64,000 nt of DNA from Lingula anatina (Eukaryota; Animalia; Brachiopoda). Every line of letters starts with the position of its first letter. Positions within the stretch are counted from its first letter, which is position 1. The DNA lies in assembly GCA_051362555.1 (NCBI GenBank), contig CM120648.1, forward strand, positions 1,527,721 through 1,591,720. The letters are read 5' to 3'. Shown here piece after piece: positions 58,301 to 64,000 of the stretch. The notes below the pieces were generated by a model. It was not told where the DNA came from. It did not search any database and was given only the letters and a program-made list of their open reading frames with translations. Position numbers and translations under genes: made by a program.

Positions 58301-59498
58301 ACTAAAAACAAATAAAGAAGTGCAGGCCTACGAGTGTGTTGCTTCTAAAGTGACTGGTGGCAGTGCCAGCACCAGTATCTTTGGGGTGGGGGGGGGGAAT
58401 TCTTATAGGTGCCAAAACGCCAATGGTAATCCGCAATGGAAACCTTACCCATGTCAAGTAAGGATTTTCTGGAAACCACTTGCCTGCCATTTGTTGGTGG
58501 CCACCTCAGGAACTATTTTATTTTATCAGATGAAAATGCCCGCCCAAACAGAGCATCCAGATGATGCTAGAAGCAACATTGACCTTGGCACTGATATGGA
58601 CGTCCTTTGAGAGGCGTATAACTCTAATACAGATCATAATTTGGAAAATATGAAGATCTAAATCACATTTTTAATGGTTGTTGTATGGCTTAAAATTAGT
58701 CATGTATTTTTTGATTGCTTAATTAGGATAATGCACTCAAATGTCACAGTGTCACAGATACAGTAGTTAAAAGTTTTTGAAACATGAAGCCTTGTTTTCA
58801 ATTATCAGTCAAAAAAAAAAATAGGAAAAAATCGAAGAAAAATTATTTGGATAAAAATTGCATAGTCAATTTTAAGTCTGTGTATCTTAATCATTTTTAT
58901 ATGTAACCATTTATAAATCTAATACGTTGTAAAGTCTACTGAACATTGCACGACTTTTAGACTCAAAAAATAAACGGATCATTATTTTTAGTATTAATGA
59001 GCCAATTAGTCGTGTGCGTCAGAGGTGATAACAAGGTGATAACGAGCCTATCCAGGTGCATGACAACAACTGAAAAGATTGACTTGTTTTTGAACTTCAT
59101 TGCAGACAACATACACGAACAGTGTACAATGAAAGCCACTCCCACGGGCACCAGTGGCTCATGACATGCACTGCCATGCCATGTAAATTCGTCGAAATGG
59201 AAAAGGAATTATTTATCTCGCAGAATTGCCGGACAATACCTAATATTCCTAAGATTAATAAGCTGTTTTTTTTTCTCGTAAAAAACTTCCATAAATATAA
59301 AAACCTCTGTAAATTTACAGATCTCATTTTATTCAGGTATCGGTTTTTTCCTGGTTAAAATCTGCAAATTCATGATAATACAACTAAACGTAGTTCCATT
59401 AAAATGATACCTTCTCTGAAGAATTTAGAGAAATAAACTTTTTTTAAGCTTATTGACTCCAACAAAGAGGTTCCCTTAGTTACCGGTAGTTTGTTATT

Positions 59499-59537
<39 letters not shown>

Positions 59538-59577
59538 TTAACATGTTGTTGTTTTATTTGTTTGATTGTTTGTTTGG

Positions 59578-59818
59578 TACCTCCGTTAAGGAGTTTTGCG
59601 TGTGGTTCCTTTTGTTTCTTTGTTTTTTATGTAAGCAACTGTCTGACAAGCGTTTTAAACGGATTTTGCTGATATTTTCAGTATAGGTCAGAAGATACCA
59701 GAAATGGGCTACAGTGATCAGATTTTGGAGATGATCTGCTAATCAATCAATTAATGTTTAATTTAATGTTAATTATTTATCTTGGAGGAAGCCAGAGCAC
59801 TCTGGGCCCTTTCCAAGT
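59578..59818 (+). mobile_element. Degenerate non-autonomous Helentron related to 21844-22122
   Basis: tacctccgttaaggag...cggattttg...ttttcag...gatcagattttggagatgatctg...cttggagga...gcactctgg. Confidence 0.55.
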
Positions 59819-61059
59819 AAGCTTTGCTTCATCTAAAATGATGTAGCAGTTGATAATGCTAGTTAATTAGTGGATTCGTGTCAAGATGGATGTATTTGGC
59901 ACATGTCGAGTTGGCTACAAAAGCCAATTACATGTAGCTGCGCCCTTCAAAACAAATTTGCGCTTAATTGCGCAGTTCCAATTGAAAACTCGACCAGAAA
60001 AGAGAAACATGTTGATGTAAACAATAATTTAACCAAGACATTTGTGTTTTCGGAACTTGTGGACACTTTTTAGAGTGCGTCACTATCAAAACAACTCTGC
60101 GTGATGTTGTTAACAGAAGCCATAGTTTTCGAGGCATTTTTCTTCTCAGTTATTTTGACATCATGTAACAATATTGATTTCAAAGCTCGTCGTGAAAGCG
60201 TTGAACAGTACTCCTGTCAGTCATCTAAGCCCAAACAGCCGTCCACGTTTAAGACCATGACAAGCTGATAATGAGCGCAATCAGCAAATTCTGGTAAGTG
60301 TGTCCAATTACTAATAACTGACTGCCTTTCGGAAATGTCACCTATGACACTTCTGTGAAAGTGTCGAATTCATGCGGTTTGTCATGTGAATTCTTCGAAA
60401 AGAGAATGGAACCATTTATGAACATCACGGCGATGTTGGAAAAGAGCCAATACTATGACCACATATTAAAATTGTCTTGAAAAAGCCTCAATAGACACAA
60501 TCATCTCTGTAAAAATATAGTTCTCATAACATCAAGGCATCAGTTTTCCCTGGGTTCCCAAAGATTTAAAAAAAAAAAGAAATACACTTGATTGGCAGCT
60601 TATTGTCAGGCATTGCTTTATCGAATATTACATACCAGCTGACAGCCTTTGTTGATTAATGGAGACGAGTGAAGATAGACCTGATGATAATTCTTGGAAA
60701 ATTCAGAAACCATGACCTCCCCCCCTCTCTTCCTTCCCCTAGTTCCACCCTGGTCAATAATTACCGCTTCAACGCTGAGGCGCGGAACTGGGACTACACT
60801 AAATGACGTCACAATAGGTGGACGTACGTGTTTCAGAGGTTTATTGTCTATATAAATCAATGGGACATCAGGACGATTACTGACGTCATATGCACTTATA
60901 CCTGTTAAATTTAATGCGTTTCTGACCACATCATAACAAATCTGAGCTTCTCGTAAAAATATATTTGCCAGAAGTGAAACGATTGGATGTGACACGATAA
61001 TCAGAGTTCGATTCTCAGCACGGTCATTTGATAATCAAAGCCTGATGCGCTGATTCCTC

Positions 61060-61450
61060 TCTGCTGTGGATTTCCTTTCAATCCCAGACAAAGCTGGGTT
61101 TAAGACCGTATAATGATCACCCGGCTTGCGTTGGAAACCTTACGAGTAAGATGGTGGCGAGTGTTTTCATAGCTCAAAATTGCTCAACGATTGTGTTTAC
61201 TGTCAAAGCGGGACGCTCTGCCGCCTGTTGACATTCAGACATAGATTTGTTCTTGTCTCTGCGCCCTGTAGCTCGAACAGACTGCTTGGTCAGCCAAAAA
61301 ATAACCCTTCAGCACCATGGTCAACCGTTGACCCACGAAACGCTACATGTATTTTTCATTAACAGTTCTTTTTGAAAATCGCGTTGCTTGACGCGAACGT
61401 TCCATGTCGAGACCGTCGTAAACAGATTGTTTTCTTCTTCCATTAGAAAA
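61060..61450 (-). mobile_element. Possible highly decayed RTE-type LINE endonuclease fragment
   Basis: TVSTWNVRV resembles the (I/V)GTWNVRT start of APE domains; downstream motifs are barely recognisable. Confidence 0.3.
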
Positions 61451-61762
61451 CGCGCTGCTTTGAGGAATGAGAAGTTTATTGCAAAATCGAAGCCCAATGG
61501 TTCGTTTGCTTTAAGCAGTTTGATAAACATGTAAAAAGACACTTAAGTAGAGTTTAATTGGCGATTCGCAAACGTGCAGGGCCATTGACAGCAAATGCCT
61601 TCTTTTATTAAATTTTTGAACTTCATTCTAAACAATAATGTGGTGATTATTTATCTATATCTTAGCATTAAGATTACAATCCAAATTTCACACAATTGTA
61701 TGAGTACGGCGATGTTCTGAGACTGCGACACCCAACTACCTGATCATGACATCAGACATTAA

Positions 61763-61980
61763 GACCCCATTCCCATACCTAGATCGATCTAACAGGATCA
61801 ATCCATCTCCAAGGGATTCTCGAAATTGTTCTCAGCTCAAGCGGCTTAGATGTCTGGCACGCCTACTGAAGATGCTAAACGATAGTTAATTACCCCCTAA
61901 CAGCTTCAGTATAGGCGCGCCAGACATCAGAGAGGGATGGGTCGATCCTGCTAGATCGATCTAGGTATGGGAATGGTGTT
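61763..61980. mobile_element. Harbinger-type MITE, family D copy 4
   Basis: Arms ccattcccatacctagatcgatcta / tagatcgatctaggtatgggaatgg; internal sequence matches the 48396 copy. Confidence 0.75.
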
Positions 61981-62274
61981 GTTAACGCTGAACGGTACCC
62001 AGTGGTCAGTTTCTCGAAAGCACTCTGGTGGAAAGCCAATGCTAGCTTTAAGGATGATTACTATGGCAAAATCTAAGCCACGATAGAGCAGTACGTGTTG
62101 TTCCTTTAATTATTAAGGAATACGCTTGGTCGGTTAAATAAAGTAATAGAAGGACAATGTATGGGACAATGTATATGACTGCCTTATTTTGATGGACGAC
62201 TATTGAATTATTGACTGTGTAAAGTTAGTAACAAGGATTTTAGCCAGAAAACAGACTTACTGTTCTGTGTGTGT

Positions 62275-62305
<31 letters not shown>

Positions 62306-63525
62306 GGGGGGGTGAAACGGGGGTCAACCGGCTAATGAGGTCGATGGGACTATTTCTTTTTCTGAATGCGACCCAAGATATAAGCCATGGGTCTGAATGA
62401 TATCTGAGTAACACGGGCACGAAGGCGTACATTAAGTATCGCCTGCAGTTTTCAGAGTTTGAGTAAAAGTGAAATTAATTCCAAACCTTATTTTCTTCAA
62501 TTAAAGTTTACATTATCTGAAGTCCAATACAAATACTAAATGGATCTTATTCTTGTAATACTGAATGATATCAAATTCGGCAAAGTAGCTGGAAGAAAGA
62601 GTCAAGTTAGTATAGGTAATATGGTATTACATTACCATCGTTAATTAATTAATTAATCAATTTATTTATTTCATAAGATGATATTTACCTTTTTGTTTCC
62701 CTTATATCTTTAAAATTCGCCATAAGCCAAGCAGCGCTTACAGGGGCAACAGGAAACTTTTGCCGAGTTAAAAAAAAGTTTTAAGAACCAGAAGGTTTAC
62801 CTTGGGCGATGGCCAGGTAGACGTGTCATAAGATTACAGAATTTTATCGAGTTAAGCGAATCAACTATTTGAAAGAACAGGAAAGGTACAATTTGAAGCA
62901 TTGCTTTATGTCTTACAGCCTTGGAAGAAGTTCAGTCGGCTTTACAATTTTCGTCTTGGCGCCCTTGTTAACAAAAAAAGTGCAAAGGATTGCCAAACAG
63001 GGGAGATCTCGAGAGTTCCTTCCAGAAATTTTTCACTGGTGTGACTTCCAATTTCATTTATATATGGAATACAAGTTTATCTTGAGCAGTAGTATTACAC
63101 ATGAATAACAATTTTTCTTCAATACAAGCGAGATTTCTGTCGCTTTATATCAATTCTGTCGTCATAAGCGCCAGATATTTTAGAGTTAAAAGTAATTTGT
63201 ACTAATTAAGGAAGCTGATTACATCTTTGATGGCAGTGTAGTTATTCCCTAATTGATAAAATAAAGTCTAACATCTATTTTCTTTTAAAAATGGTGGGCG
63301 TGTAATTCCACTGTAATTTTTTTAATGCAGGGTAGCAATATAAATAAATGAATAAAGATTGTTCACTTTCTTAAGTCAAAAACCGTATTGGCTAATGCAG
63401 GGGTACTAGCTGAACAATAATTCCCATAAACTTGCACAACCTGAATTCAAACTTACCAGGATCATTAAAAAAGTTAAGTAACAACTGCCTACCGTGATAT
63501 ATTTTCATTCAAGTCAGCAACTTAC

Positions 63526-63620
63526 CGAAAATCTTGATCGTCCTTGGGAAGTAACCTAGGCGCTAGAAGAAGAAGGCAAAGACTAACCGAACTTACTCGA
63601 CAGGGGTGGGGTGTTTTATA
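63526..63620 (-). promoter_or_regulatory. TATA-box promoter and short non-coding first exon (~63590-63526), probably of the Cys-rich peptide gene
   Basis: Minus strand TATAAAA (63620-63614), Inr-like TCGGTT/TTAGTC ~30-36 nt downstream, then a strong donor CG|gtaagt at 63525. Linkage to the 57354 acceptor is inferred. Confidence 0.5.
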
Positions 63621-63624
63621 CTGC

Positions 63625-63640
63625 GCCACCAGATGGCGCT
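63625..63640 (+). promoter_or_regulatory. CTCF-like binding motif
   Basis: GCCACCAGATGGCGCT closely matches the CCACCAG(A/G)(T/G)GGCGC consensus. Confidence 0.55.
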
Positions 63641-63910
63641 CAGATGGACCAAAGAGGAATGAGATAGTATAAACCGTTGTAAGACTAATTTCTCGGAAGT
63701 AGACCTGTGTGACATGAACGGTAGTCCTAGGAATGGATTGGCACAGGTTAGGGGTGGTCGGAGTATTGGGGTTAGTATATGGGAGGAATGTCACCTGTAC
63801 AAAGTAATGGGAAGAGGTTCCTAGCAGACTACCATTCCTGTCACTACACACATGGTTTGCATTAGTGACCTTTCCCTCCCTCTCTCCTCCCTCTCTCCTG
63901 CTCTTTGTGC

Positions 63911-63964
63911 TGACCTGTGACCTGTGACCCTGACCCCTGCCCTTTGACCCCTGCCCTCTGAACA
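63911..63964. promoter_or_regulatory. Array of nuclear-receptor half-sites, mostly DR1-spaced
   Basis: TGACCT-g-TGACCT-g-TGACCC-TGACCC-c-TGCCCT-t-TGACCC-c-TGCCCT-c-TGAACA. Confidence 0.4.
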
Positions 63965-64000
63965 CGGGAACTCCATTACATGTGTAAGCTTGCACTCATG

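Noticed and set aside
63522-63995. 157-aa minus-strand ORF at the window end
   Set aside because: Non-ATG start, low-complexity composition and overlap with promoter-like motifs; no domain similarity recognised.

Overview
AT-rich, intron- and transposon-rich metazoan genomic DNA. The TE repertoire and gene style suggest a marine invertebrate, probably a lophotrochozoan/mollusc (inference). Four protein-coding genes can be reconstructed by hand from GT-AG splice sites with consistent reading-frame phases. (1) A TNFAIP8/TIPE-family gene on the minus strand whose ATG appears to be split by an intron. (2) A complete 13-exon PTPN11/SHP2 orthologue on the plus strand (608 aa), head-to-head with TNFAIP8. 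(3) A 33-exon, ~2,100-aa mosaic multi-lectin receptor on the minus strand: signal peptide-CTL-CTL-CCPx7-SUEL-LamG/pentraxin-like-CCP-LamG-CCP-CTL-WSC-fibrinogen-like stub-F5/8C-WSC-CCPx3-hydrophobic tail. It carries six near-identical tandemly duplicated CCP exons and several duplicated splice sites that would create truncated soluble forms. (4) A small two-coding-exon gene that the ORF track misses, encoding a 140-aa secreted precursor with an 8-cysteine core I cannot assign to a family. It has a truncated paralogue next to it and a candidate TATA/CTCF/nuclear-receptor DR1 promoter module at the end of the window. Mobile DNA includes a four-layer nest (MITE > Academ > Tx1 LINE > Tc1), a young hAT whose 8-bp TSD duplicates a PTPN11 splice donor, Penelope-type hairpins (one with a minimal hammerhead ribozyme motif), Helentron-type elements with internal satellite arrays, Kolobok-type elements, several MITE families and two long perfect palindromes. 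No rRNA, tRNA or CRISPR features were recognised. All coordinates were read by eye and may be off by a few bases.
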